Below, in pieces: positions 18,950 to 28,820 of a stretch of 56,735 nt of DNA (the first letter of the stretch is position 1; each line of letters opens with the position of its first letter). The DNA is from an uncultured Dechloromonas sp. (GTDB lineage Bacteria; Pseudomonadota; Gammaproteobacteria; Burkholderiales; Rhodocyclaceae). Both the position numbers and the translations under genes were made by a program. The stretch is from the NCBI GenBank assembly GCA_964555315.1, contig CAZKSD010000001.1, positions 1 to 56,735 of the forward strand. Reading direction: 5' to 3'. Under the pieces are notes generated by a model, which was given only the letters and a program-made list of their open reading frames with translations, was not told where the DNA came from and searched no databases.

Positions 18950-19569
18950 GCACTGCGGCGGCTTGAATATGTGGGACACCGCTTTCGTGACCATCGGCCT
19001 GTCGAGATGTCAGGCGATTCTTGGACTCCCCGAAGCGTGAGAAGAGCGCCATGTCAAACCGGCACCAGCATCCCCGGCAACGTCCCTTCTCCCCGGCCGC
19101 TATCGCTCGCATCGTGGCCAAGAAGCGGAATTCGGCTCGGCCATGACGCCATCACCTGCCATGTCTGCTCGGCAGAAAGGCGGACATTTCTGCTTTGGAC
19201 TGACGATACGCGATATCCGTTGCTGTTGGAGTCTATGGATGTTTTATACTTTGCGGGGACTGATTGGCGATGGACGCCATCGAACCGCCTCAAGGGCCTG
19301 CTAGTACTATGCCTCGGTTCGATGGCGTTCCAGAAAGTCCGGCATCGCCAGTCCGTGTCGATGCTGATTCGTCTTATCGTCTTTCGCACCTCTCCCGTTG
19401 TCCTTTGGGGGTTACTTTTACGGCTAGCCAGCGTCACCAGATGAGCCTGGCTGACGTTCATTGCTATTTCGTTTTTTCAAGCTCAGGATGTGATGGCGGT
19501 GCCAAACACTATTTCCTGTAACAGGTGGGCATCAAGGACAAATTCCCAAGAATGGATACGAGGGTCGGA

Positions 19570-20262
19570 ATGAATGCAAAGTCTGCGACAGTCTGTAGGA
19601 TCATCCTCTTCGGCTTGGGAATTCTGATCTCGTCGCAGAGCGTAGCCGAAGTCGTCGATTACGCTTGCGGCTCGTTAGCAATTGGGGAAGATGGGCCATA
19701 CGATTACCGTATGGGCGGGACTCGTTTGAAACAGGTTGAGGGCAACCATCTGTCACCAGATGTGGTAAATCTGGTCAGGGGACAAACGGGGAACATTGGG
19801 ACGGATCTGGAGTTCGTGCTCCGATATTTTCCCAACCACCACGTGGCCTTGTTGGCCATGGTCAGGCTTGGAGAAAAGGAAAAGCGATCCAAGCCATTAG
19901 GTGCAAGGTATGCGGTCGAATGCTACTTCAAACGGGCCTTGCTGTTCCGGGACGACGATGGAGTTGTCAGGACAATTTATGCTTCTTATCTCTATAAGGC
20001 TGGAAAAAAAGCTGAAGCGCTGAATCAATTGAACAAAGCTGTCGAGTTGGGAGAAGATAGTCCAAATACAAGCTATAACATAGGACTTATCTATTATGAT
20101 TTGCACGAATACGATAAGGCGTTGTCATTTGCTCACCGCGCCTACGGTTCCGGATTTCCATTGCCGGGCTTGCGGAACAAGCTAATAAGGGCTGGAAAAT
20201 GGCGGGAACCTGTCATGCGGAGTAATAGTGGCGGCGCAACGGTTGCGAGTCCGGAGAATTAA
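19570..20262 (+). CDS. Exported TPR-repeat protein
   Basis: Signal peptide (..SQSVA|E), LRYFPNH..AL, TPR-like YNIGLIYYDLHEYDKAL..A..AY. Start uncertain (19525-19570). Confidence 0.75.
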   Translation: MNAKSATVCRIILFGLGILISSQSVAEVVDYACGSLAIGEDGPYDYRMGGTRLKQVEGNHLSPDVVNLVRGQTGNIGTDLEFVLRYFPNHHVALLAMVRLGEKEKRSKPLGARYAVECYFKRALLFRDDDGVVRTIYASYLYKAGKKAEALNQLNKAVELGEDSPNTSYNIGLIYYDLHEYDKALSFAHRAYGSGFPLPGLRNKLIRAGKWREPVMRSNSGGATVASPEN

Positions 20263-20372
20263 GCGACTTGCATTCCGAAAAAGAGGCGACTGGCCTTAGG
20301 GTCGCTGTGAGCAATTCCAATTCTTTTTGGTTGCTAAGACTGTTTTCCTGGTGTTCAAAGGAATGCCCATTC

Positions 20373-21596
20373 ATGCTGACTAACTTCTTAAGCCCGACAT
20401 CATGGACTCTGCCGTCGGAAATCTCATCGGAAATCTCTCGCAAGATTTTTCGAGCGATATATCTGATCGCATTTTGTTTCCTTGGCGCCAGTTTGCTTGC
20501 AACTCGTCTGGCTGCTGCGCATGAACCGGGAAGGGTCATTGAAGTCGGCGCGCAGCGCACAGTCAAGACCCTATCGGCTGCATCGCGATTAGCCAAAGAT
20601 GGCGATATCATAGAAGTCGACGGTGGCGACTATGTTGGGGATGTGGCTGTGTGGACGCAGAATGAACTGATTTTGCGTGCAAAGAACGGGCGCGCCCGAC
20701 TCATCGCCCAAGGAGCATCTGCTGAATCAAAGGGTATCTGGGTTGTGCGCGGCGGAAAGGTCACGGTCGAGGGCTTCGACTTTGTTGGTGCGATGGTTTC
20801 GGATAGAAATGGTGCCGGAATCAGGTTTGAAAAAGGAAGCCTGAGGGTCGAGAATTGCCGATTTCTGGAAAACGAAAACGGCATCTTGACAGGCAGCGAT
20901 GCTGATTCGACGCTTGAAATTCTTAATAGTGAATTCGGCTATAACGGATCTGGCGATGGGCAGAGCCATAATCTATACGTTGGGGCCATAGGATTGCTGA
21001 AGGTGACCGGGAGTTACTTTCACCATGCAAAAGTTGGGCACCTCTTGAAGAGCAGGGCAGGAAGGAACCTGATTTTTTACAATCGTCTGACGGACGAAAT
21101 CGGGGGTACCGCCAGTTATGAACTGGAGTTTCCCAGTGGCGGCTTGGCCTATGTGATGGGCAATCTGATTCAGCAGAGCTCGACGACCGAAAATCCGAAC
21201 GTGATTTCTTTTGGGGCAGAAGGCTATCGCTCCCAATCAAACCGGCTCTATCTGGTGAATAACACCCTCGTCGATATGCGTCCGCAGGGTGGACAATTCT
21301 TGCGGGTCAAAGGGGGCGCGAACGTATTGGCCATCAACAATTTGCTGGTAGGCAAGAGCACGCTGGAGTCCGGTGCGGCGGGAGATTATCGGAACAACTT
21401 CAACGTTGATCTCGATGAGTTTGTGCTGGCCATCCGCGAAGACTTTCATCTCAAACCCGGTTCGAAGTTGATTGGCAAGGCCGTCATGGTTGACGCGATT
21501 GATGGAATCGCTCTTCGACCATCGGCTGAGTACAAGCATCCCCGTTCCGTTCGGGCGCTCAAGGGTGGAGCGCTCAGCCCGGGCGCTATGCAGTAG
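20373..21596 (+). CDS. Right-handed parallel beta-helix (pectin-lyase fold) exported protein
   Basis: Hydrophobic N-segment, KDGDIIEVDGGDY, DRNGAGIR, NENGIL, HNLYVG, GHLLKSRA, repeated Asn-ladder strands. Start uncertain. Confidence 0.75.
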   Translation: MLTNFLSPTSWTLPSEISSEISRKIFRAIYLIAFCFLGASLLATRLAAAHEPGRVIEVGAQRTVKTLSAASRLAKDGDIIEVDGGDYVGDVAVWTQNELILRAKNGRARLIAQGASAESKGIWVVRGGKVTVEGFDFVGAMVSDRNGAGIRFEKGSLRVENCRFLENENGILTGSDADSTLEILNSEFGYNGSGDGQSHNLYVGAIGLLKVTGSYFHHAKVGHLLKSRAGRNLIFYNRLTDEIGGTASYELEFPSGGLAYVMGNLIQQSSTTENPNVISFGAEGYRSQSNRLYLVNNTLVDMRPQGGQFLRVKGGANVLAINNLLVGKSTLESGAAGDYRNNFNVDLDEFVLAIREDFHLKPGSKLIGKAVMVDAIDGIALRPSAEYKHPRSVRALKGGALSPGAMQ

Positions 21597-21622
21597 GCGA
21601 CGGGTATCGCCAGGATATTTTT

Positions 21623-23305
21623 ATGCTGAATATCAATGACACTCTCGTCCAGGGCAGCCCGGAGTTTGCCTCGCGGGAGATTGCCGATCTCGCGAAAAGT
21701 GAAGGTAATCTTGCTGCTTGGCGGCGTTTGATTGGTGCAGGTGGTAAGGATGCCGTGAGAGACGTTTCCGGCGATTTTGCCGTTGGCTTCCACGATGCAT
21801 CTGGACATGGCTTTCTCGCGGTTGATCGATTTGCGATTCGAAGTTTGTGCTATCGAGTTGTCGATGGCGGACTGCGTTTTGCTGCTCGGGCGGACGAGTT
21901 GGCGGATTCGACTTCGGAAATCGATCCGCAGGCTATTCTTGATTACCTGTACTTCCACGTCATTCCATCGCCACGGACCATTTTCAAGGACGTATTCCGT
22001 TTGCCGCCAGGACACTGTGCTGTATTCGAGAATGGTTCGCTCCGAGTTTCACCCTATTGGGTGCCGCGGTTTTCCGAACTGGAAAAGCCTTCCTTCGGGA
22101 GTTTGCGGACCGAGTTCCGGGAGTTGTTGCATGATGCCGTGGTGCGGCAGCTCGATGGCGGGAAACCAGGATGTTTTCTGAGCGGTGGAACAGATAGTTC
22201 GACGGTAGCGGGAATGATCGGGGAGGTGTCTGGGCAGCCGGCGGCAACCTATTCCATTGGCTTTCAGGCGGAAGGCTATGATGAGATGGAATATGCGCGA
22301 ATCGCGGCACGCCATTTCAAGACAGAGCATCACGAGTATTACGTGACGCCCGACGATCTGTTGCGCAGCATCCCTTCGGTGGCTCAGTACTACGACCAAC
22401 CCTTCGGCAACTCTTCAGCGTTACCCGCGTATTACTGCGCCAAGATGGCGAGAGAGGATGGCGTCAGCAAGATTCTCGCCGGAGACGGTGGTGACGAGTT
22501 ATTTGGCGGAAATACCCGGTACGCAAAACAAAAGATATTCGGTTACTACGATTCAGTTCCTTGGGTTTTTCGAAATGTCTTGCTCGAACCACTGCTGCTC
22601 AAGACGCAAGTGGGAAAACTGCCTCTGGCGCGAAAGGGGGCCAGCTACATAGAGCAGGCCAAAGTGCCATTGCCCGATCGTAACCAGATATACAATATGC
22701 TGCATCGGTTGGGCATCAACCAGGTCTTCGACCCTGATTTTCTTGCCCGAGTGAACATTGATAGTCCAATCAGGCAGCAGCGCGAGGTCTGGAATCTTGT
22801 GCCCGCACAATCGCAAACGAATCGCGAACTGGCGTTCGATTGGCGTTACACACTGGCGGAATGCGACCTTCCCAAGGTTGTTGGCACGACCAGCCTGGCT
22901 GGTATTGAGGTCGGGTTTCCAATGCTGGACGATCGCTTGTTGAATTTCTCGCTGCGACTTCCGGCAAACTACAAAGTGAACGGCTTCAAGTTGCGCTGGT
23001 TCTTCAAGGAGGCATTGCGCGGATTCCTGCCCGACGAAATTCTCAGTAAGAAGAAACAGGGTTTTGGCCTGCCATTTGGCGTCTGGGCTGCCAATAACCC
23101 GAGATTGAGGAGTCTCGCCGAGGACTCTGTCCGTGGCCTGATTGACCGGAAGATCTTGAGGACGGATTTTGTCGACGCATTGTTCAGTCGCCATCTCCAT
23201 GACCACCCGGGTTATTACGGTGAGATGATCTGGATTTCAATGATGCTGGAGCAGTGGCTTCGTCGAGATATCAGGGTGGGAGAAAAGATGCCTGGGGGGC
23301 GCTAA
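21623..23305 (+). CDS. Asparagine synthetase-like amide ligase lacking the N-terminal catalytic Cys
   Basis: FLSGGTDSS PP-loop, GDGGDELFGG, KKQGFGLP. The N-terminus is not MCGI. Confidence 0.88.
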   Translation: MLNINDTLVQGSPEFASREIADLAKSEGNLAAWRRLIGAGGKDAVRDVSGDFAVGFHDASGHGFLAVDRFAIRSLCYRVVDGGLRFAARADELADSTSEIDPQAILDYLYFHVIPSPRTIFKDVFRLPPGHCAVFENGSLRVSPYWVPRFSELEKPSFGSLRTEFRELLHDAVVRQLDGGKPGCFLSGGTDSSTVAGMIGEVSGQPAATYSIGFQAEGYDEMEYARIAARHFKTEHHEYYVTPDDLLRSIPSVAQYYDQPFGNSSALPAYYCAKMAREDGVSKILAGDGGDELFGGNTRYAKQKIFGYYDSVPWVFRNVLLEPLLLKTQVGKLPLARKGASYIEQAKVPLPDRNQIYNMLHRLGINQVFDPDFLARVNIDSPIRQQREVWNLVPAQSQTNRELAFDWRYTLAECDLPKVVGTTSLAGIEVGFPMLDDRLLNFSLRLPANYKVNGFKLRWFFKEALRGFLPDEILSKKKQGFGLPFGVWAANNPRLRSLAEDSVRGLIDRKILRTDFVDALFSRHLHDHPGYYGEMIWISMMLEQWLRRDIRVGEKMPGGR

Positions 23306-23418
23306 TCCGCCGCTCCAACTTGCGTTCTGCTGGTGAGGATTGGGGCCAAAACCGGCGATTTCATTCCGGGCACCTGCACGGATTCGGGAAATTGCTCCAG
23401 CGAAGCAGGTCCGTGTCC

Positions 23419-24564
23419 TCAATGCGTAACCTTGTTCCTGAGCATTTTCCACATGCTACGCAGGAACGGCAGCGGATCCGCGGCGTCCCATACGGCGAAC
23501 GTGTTGGCGGCGACGAAGGAACGCAGGTAGTCGTTCAGCGTCAGGCGGCCGTGCCGGACTGCACCCATGTCACGCGACAGGCATCCATACACGTCGGCCT
23601 CGAAGTTCAGCCATCGCAGTGATCGCGGCGAGGGCGGCACACCTTGAGCGTCGGCTTGGCCCATGACGAATCCCAGAAAGTCGAGACCTGCCTTCTGGGC
23701 GAGCCCGAACTGGACCCACGGCCGCGCATTGATCTCGATCAGGAAGCACTCACCGGTGTTGCCGTCTCGCAGGATCTCCACCTCGGCAATGCCGAAATAG
23801 TCCAAGGCCTCGATGGCACTTGTCGCCAACCGCAATACATCGTCTTGGGCAGACAGGATGACATAGGTACCACCTGCGCACTGCTCCGGATACGAGCGCA
23901 GCTTCTCACCAACCATTGATCGGATTCGCCCGCTGCGATCGCGCGCAAGCCCGACCGAGTATTGCCGAATGCTTGGGCGCAGGAGTGATTGTGCAATCGA
24001 TGGGGTGACACCAGCAGCAGCAAACTGTGCCAGCCAACGATCCAGTTCGGCGCGACTTCTGACTTCGATCGCCTTGGGGACACTCTTGCCCATTTCATGG
24101 CGCGTGATCTCCGGGCGAAGCAGCAGGGGGCACTCCCGCGATGGCATCAGATTGTTTGCTGCCTCGAGTCCGTATCGACGTGGGGCTGCAAAGCCGTTAT
24201 CCATGCACCAATCCAAAAACAGGCTCTTATCCAAACACAGTTCGATCGATCTCGAGCTTGGGTGCAGGACGGATGCGAACATCGACTCCAGCGCGGGCCG
24301 GCAGCGCACGATGAAACGTAGCCACCCATCGCTGTCCGCGATCAGGGCAGCCCTTTTCTTGCTTGCAACACCCTCGAGTCGCTGCAGCAGGAACTCGTCG
24401 TCCCCACCTTGGCAGCAGATTGGCATCGGGTGGCGCGAGTCGAATGCGATTCCTCTTCGCGTGTCAAAGAGAACGGAACTCACGCCCAGCGCCTTTGCAG
24501 CCCTCACGATCGCCAGCGCGGTCAGCGAACTGCCGAGCACAACGATGCGGTCAAACTCCGCCAT
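23419..24564 (-). CDS. ATP-grasp carboxylate-amine ligase (D-aspartate ligase-like)
   Basis: CLDKSLF, PLLLRP, YFGIAEVE, FLIEINARPW, DPLPF. ATG 24564 overlaps the end of the upstream gene. Confidence 0.8.
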   Translation of the reverse strand: MAEFDRIVVLGSSLTALAIVRAAKALGVSSVLFDTRRGIAFDSRHPMPICCQGGDDEFLLQRLEGVASKKRAALIADSDGWLRFIVRCRPALESMFASVLHPSSRSIELCLDKSLFLDWCMDNGFAAPRRYGLEAANNLMPSRECPLLLRPEITRHEMGKSVPKAIEVRSRAELDRWLAQFAAAGVTPSIAQSLLRPSIRQYSVGLARDRSGRIRSMVGEKLRSYPEQCAGGTYVILSAQDDVLRLATSAIEALDYFGIAEVEILRDGNTGECFLIEINARPWVQFGLAQKAGLDFLGFVMGQADAQGVPPSPRSLRWLNFEADVYGCLSRDMGAVRHGRLTLNDYLRSFVAANTFAVWDAADPLPFLRSMWKMLRNKVTH

Positions 24565-25993
24565 CGACCAAGTCCAGTGCATCCAACCGGACAATGTCCG
24601 CATACGTTTCCCTGCTGCGAATCTCGCGAATGTTTGCCCCGTCGATCATGATTGCAGAGGGGCGTGGGAACGAGAAGTTCATTTGGTTGGGTATGAAATA
24701 TGCACCTGCATCCATGATCGATATTACATCGCCGGGTTGCATCTGCGGCAGGCGCTTGTTGCGCATCACGATGTCGCCAGGATGGCAGAGCGGACCAAAG
24801 AGGTCGTATGACTCGACGTCAACCTCGTTCAACCTGTTCGCAGCCAGCAACTGGTGTGTTTCCCATCCCAGCGGCATCGTGATGTTCTTGCCTCCGTCGA
24901 GAATGAGTTTCGGCGGGCCGCCCGCAGCACGCTTGACTGTCAATACACCAAGCAGTAGCGTCTGCGCACTGCTGGTGATCGCACGGCCAGGCTCGAACAA
25001 CAGTTGCGGCATCCGGTCGTCCGGGCCGGGGTGGAATTCACGGATCAGACGCGCAATCGGAGCCGCATAGTCATCTGGCCCGGGGCAATCAGCGGGAACC
25101 GGCATGCGGGCCGGGTAACCCAGCGAGACCATCCGTCCGTCCCATGCGTCCATTGACCTCACCGTGGGCACGGCAAAGCCGCCTCCGAAGTCATAGCAGG
25201 TAATTCGAATGTCGAACTGCGCCTGAAGTACGCGCGAGAACTCCAGAATCTCCCTGATTGCGCGGACATAAGCATCAACATTCTTTATTCCCGTTCCCAA
25301 ATGCACGTGAATCCCGCAGGGCAGAAGCTCGGGATGCCGGCAGATTTGGGCAAAAGCGGCCAGCGACTCACCGGCATCGATGCGGGTCCCAAACTGTGAT
25401 GACCAGCCCACCGAAGTAACGACGCGAAGGCCAACACGCTGCTGACGACCCCAACGCCGGGCGCTTTCCACCACCCAAGGGATCTCGTCCGGGCCGTCGA
25501 TATTGATTAATCCGATACCGCGGCGGACCGCCAGATCCACACTCTCGCGCCCCTTGCCGGGACCGTTCAGTACGATTCTATCGGGCGCCACCTTCAGTTC
25601 AAGGGCGAGCCACAGCTCGAACGGAGAGATGACTTCAGCCCATGTGCCTGCCCGGTGCAGCGTGCTCAATACTGCCGGAAGCGGATTGGTCTTGTACGAC
25701 GTTGCCAGTTCCACTTTTGGTAGGCGGCGACGGAAGGCGCCAACAAAGGCCGAGTAGTCCTTGAGCAGGCGAGCCCTGCTGATCACATGCAGGGGAGTTC
25801 CGTAGGTGCGGGCCACCTCAATCAGATCGATATCTCCGCACGCAAGATGCCCGTTGCCATTGATAGAAAGATCCCAAACGTCAGGCGGCAAACCGTCGAA
25901 TCGAGATGGCAAGTCGGCGCGTTTGCCCCGCTCAACCTCAGCCAGCTGGCGAATCCGCAGTAGTTTGACGTAGTCCTTTATTGAGTCGAGCAT
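24551..25993 (-). CDS. PLP-dependent fold-III decarboxylase, LysA/diaminopimelate decarboxylase-like
   Basis: YGTPLHV, SYKTN (PLP Lys), HVHLGT, DFGGGF, EPGR, GPLCHPGD, DAGAY. Probable ATG at 25993. Confidence 0.87.
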   Translation of the reverse strand: MLDSIKDYVKLLRIRQLAEVERGKRADLPSRFDGLPPDVWDLSINGNGHLACGDIDLIEVARTYGTPLHVISRARLLKDYSAFVGAFRRRLPKVELATSYKTNPLPAVLSTLHRAGTWAEVISPFELWLALELKVAPDRIVLNGPGKGRESVDLAVRRGIGLINIDGPDEIPWVVESARRWGRQQRVGLRVVTSVGWSSQFGTRIDAGESLAAFAQICRHPELLPCGIHVHLGTGIKNVDAYVRAIREILEFSRVLQAQFDIRITCYDFGGGFAVPTVRSMDAWDGRMVSLGYPARMPVPADCPGPDDYAAPIARLIREFHPGPDDRMPQLLFEPGRAITSSAQTLLLGVLTVKRAAGGPPKLILDGGKNITMPLGWETHQLLAANRLNEVDVESYDLFGPLCHPGDIVMRNKRLPQMQPGDVISIMDAGAYFIPNQMNFSFPRPSAIMIDGANIREIRSRETYADIVRLDALDLVDGGV

Positions 25994-26209
25994 GGCTTGT
26001 GTGTGAAGGACAACAGGCCGAAGCCTGCGGCATGCCTGGGTTTCCGGGATACTGGGCGGTGATGGATACGCCAAACAGTGCCGACACCCTCACTATCGGG
26101 GCAGTGCGGGAACCGTGGGAGCTTTCCTTGGTCCCCCGCAGCGATGTCAAGCCCGATCGTCATGCGTCAAAGAATACGCAACTTGCCATCCGAGTTGAGG
26201 CAACCAAAA

Positions 26210-26239
26210 ATGATAGAAAGATCAACGCCACCGTGTCAA
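26210..26239 (-). promoter_or_regulatory. Putative sigma70 promoter for the decarboxylase/ligase pair
   Basis: TTGACA (26239-26234), N18 spacer, TATCAT (26215-26210) on the minus strand. Confidence 0.5.
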
Positions 26240-26352
26240 ATGTCCTTGGGCTGCGGGTCTGAGTCATTCGACCCTTTCATTGCGGCGAGAGTATAGCATC
26301 CTGAGGGAAGCACGCAGCGCACCCCGGTTGGCCGCGCAAGAACCTCATCCTC

Positions 26353-26949
26353 TCAAGCATCATTCCGGATGGATTGCGACGAAAAGCGCCACAACAATCG
26401 GAACGGACGCGAGCGCAACGGCGTCGTCAGCTCCACGACGAGTGCAACAGACCTCCAGCCCGCCTTTTCGCTGACGCGAATTGACGGCCAGTTGTTCCAC
26501 CAGATCCGGCTATAGACCCTGACAAACCCCTTTGCGGCGAGCCGCCGCGCGCTGAACTGCTTGAGGCACGTCGCCAGCCCCAATCCCCGGTACTCGGGGG
26601 CGGTTACAAGCTCCACCGACTTCGCCTCGTTTCGCTCAAGCGGCCAGAAGTTTCGCCGGCGGCGATAACCGTCACCGAACCAGACCCACTGTAGCGCCAC
26701 CAAGTCGGACCCGAAAAACACGCCGAAACCCAGCGAATCGTTTCCGCAATACCAAGCATCAGCTTGTATCGCCGGTTGCCGCGCTTCACGCACCTCGTCT
26801 TCGGTGACTTCGGCGCAACGATAGCCGGGAGGAGGCGGATTCGGCTCGGGCAGCGAGACCAGATCCAGAGAGAACATGCGATAACAGCTGTACTCGATGC
26901 CAAGCGCACGAGCGATTGCTTTGCCAAAAGCGGCAAGTCGTGCCTTCAT
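26353..26949 (-). CDS. GNAT-family N-acyltransferase
   Basis: TAPEYRGLGLA (motif A), N.PSIRVSEKAGW (motif B). Confidence 0.85.
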   Translation of the reverse strand: MKARLAAFGKAIARALGIEYSCYRMFSLDLVSLPEPNPPPPGYRCAEVTEDEVREARQPAIQADAWYCGNDSLGFGVFFGSDLVALQWVWFGDGYRRRRNFWPLERNEAKSVELVTAPEYRGLGLATCLKQFSARRLAAKGFVRVYSRIWWNNWPSIRVSEKAGWRSVALVVELTTPLRSRPFRLLWRFSSQSIRNDA

Positions 26950-27825
26950 TTTCCTGACGTTGGGCTGTCCGTTTCGAGCGCCTGCTGGCCGCTGTCAACA
27001 GCCCGGGAATCGCGCTTGGTGCGTTCCTCCCGCAGGAAGCGAAGGACCCGAAGCATTTCCACCGGATCCTCGTTGTGCGGATCCCAATAGCGGTTGGCTT
27101 CGATCAGGACCGGGCCGGAAGACGTGATTGCAATGTCCCAGCCCAGACATTTTGACGGAAGAAAAGCCAGTGCCGCCGTCTTGCCGAGCTCGACTATGTC
27201 TTGCCACATCGGCGGTCGCAGCCCGGCGAGAATCTGGCCGGTGATCGGATGCCGCTCCACTTCATGCAGCCCGAAACCAAAGGGGTGGCGACTTTTCATG
27301 AAGCAATTCCGCATTGTTCCATCGGCTGGATTGATATCGCAAAAAGCATTGTTTTTTCCCGTTCCGCTGAAATTGTCGAATTCCGCGTTTTCGTCCGCGA
27401 GGCGCCATCCCGCAAGCAATATTCTGACGTCGCGATTTCCGTCGACATACGTCACCAGACGCACTGTCTGCAATGCCGGCGACGGACTGATCCGCGTCAC
27501 TTCCTCGTGATTGATCAGCTTCGGCTGCACCAGCCACGAGTCGAAATCTTCATGCCGGTCCAGATGAGCCTTCAACGTCTCGCCCACACTATCGGGTTCG
27601 CTATCGCCACAGGAAAACACGAGAACGCCCCGACCGAGGGCACCGTCGCGCGGCTTGATCACATAAGCCCCCGGCGGCAATCTTGCGGCAAGTGCATTGA
27701 TTACATCCCCGCCGGCAATCGCTTCGTGGTTCAAGGTGGCGCTGACATGGGGTTGGGTTTCAACCACCGCAACCGTCGCCGCACTGGGCAAGCCCGCTTC
27801 CGCGCATATGCGTCCGAAAACTCAT
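26946..27825 (-). pseudogene. Sugar-transfer-associated ATP-grasp protein with apparent 5' deletion/frameshift
   Basis: VIKP..GALGRG, LQTVRLVT, LGWDIAIT..GPVLIEAN. ATG 27825 (MSFRT, after GAGG) is out of frame with the body, which begins abruptly at RICAEAGLP. Confidence 0.65.
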
Positions 27826-27836
27826 GTCTCGTCGCC

Positions 27837-28820
27837 TCATCGCGAATTTGTTGCGGCTTCCGATCCGGCGCCAGCTGACGCTTGGCGTCTGAAACGAAGG
27901 TATCTTTTGACTTTGGCCTTGATACCGAGCTTGTCCAGCGTATCGCCGAGCCAACTGGAAAATCGTCCCATCTGCCAATGGCTATGCGCAAGAGCCCGGT
28001 TCTTCAATGTATTTCTCAGGAACAGGACATTTGCGCATAACACTTCGCGCGTGGCAAAAAGGCGCTTGGTGTCGGATTCACCCTCGGTGAAATCGAAGCA
28101 GCGGAAACAGCCTTCACCGAACATCTGCTCGAGGGCCAGCCATTGCAGGACGGTGCCCACCGACAACTTCATGTAGTCGGGGTCATAGCCGAGATAGGCA
28201 TAGATCAGCGTCCCATCGTCGACCGGACAATAGAGATACGAAACCGGACGTTCGCGATCGAACAGGATGTAGGCCCGCACATGATCCTGCGCCGCCAGCG
28301 ATTCCATCCCGCGGACGAACCAATCGCTTTCCGGAATTCCTGCGTCGAGGAGTCTTTCCTGATAGGTCTTCCTCGCCACCTCGCGCGCCAGCGGGAGAAA
28401 GGCCCTGAGTTCCTCGACCGTGCGGTAGGTCTTCCACGACAGCGTGCCGCCCGAGTGCTCGGCGTACCTTCTGACCTTGCGATTGATCGTCGACCGCGTC
28501 TTGGAAGAGAATTTCCTCTGGTACTCCTCGAAAGTGGGCCGGAAATCGATGATGCTGTGCCGGTACTGGAGTTGAACGTAGCGCAGATAATCCCCTGTCA
28601 CCCCGATCGGCGACAAGGCTTCGGCAACGGGCAACGCACGCACCAGGAAGCCCTGGCTTCCGGCGGCCAGCGGTTCGGCCGGCGGTTCGGGCTGTCTTTC
28701 CGGAACTGCCCGCACGGCCACCTTCACCGACGACACCTGCAACGGTATCGTCGTGCTGAACACCGTCCAGTCGCCCAACTGATACTTCAGCGCGTAATCC
28801 CGTGGCGTACTCGCCGTCAT
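27837..28820 (-). CDS. GNAT acyltransferase of CelD/BcsL (Acetyltransf_6) type
   Basis: FEEY..KFSSKTRSTINRK, YLGYDPDYMKLSVGTVL, FDFTEGE..K. ATG 28820 is coupled to the upstream TGA. Confidence 0.85.
   Translation of the reverse strand: MTASTPRDYALKYQLGDWTVFSTTIPLQVSSVKVAVRAVPERQPEPPAEPLAAGSQGFLVRALPVAEALSPIGVTGDYLRYVQLQYRHSIIDFRPTFEEYQRKFSSKTRSTINRKVRRYAEHSGGTLSWKTYRTVEELRAFLPLAREVARKTYQERLLDAGIPESDWFVRGMESLAAQDHVRAYILFDRERPVSYLYCPVDDGTLIYAYLGYDPDYMKLSVGTVLQWLALEQMFGEGCFRCFDFTEGESDTKRLFATREVLCANVLFLRNTLKNRALAHSHWQMGRFSSWLGDTLDKLGIKAKVKRYLRFRRQASAGAGSEAATNSR

Noticed and set aside
21623-23305. Cys-less Asn synthetase as a lasso-peptide cyclase
   Set aside because: No precursor peptide, B1/RRE or B2 protease nearby; the context is polysaccharide biosynthesis.
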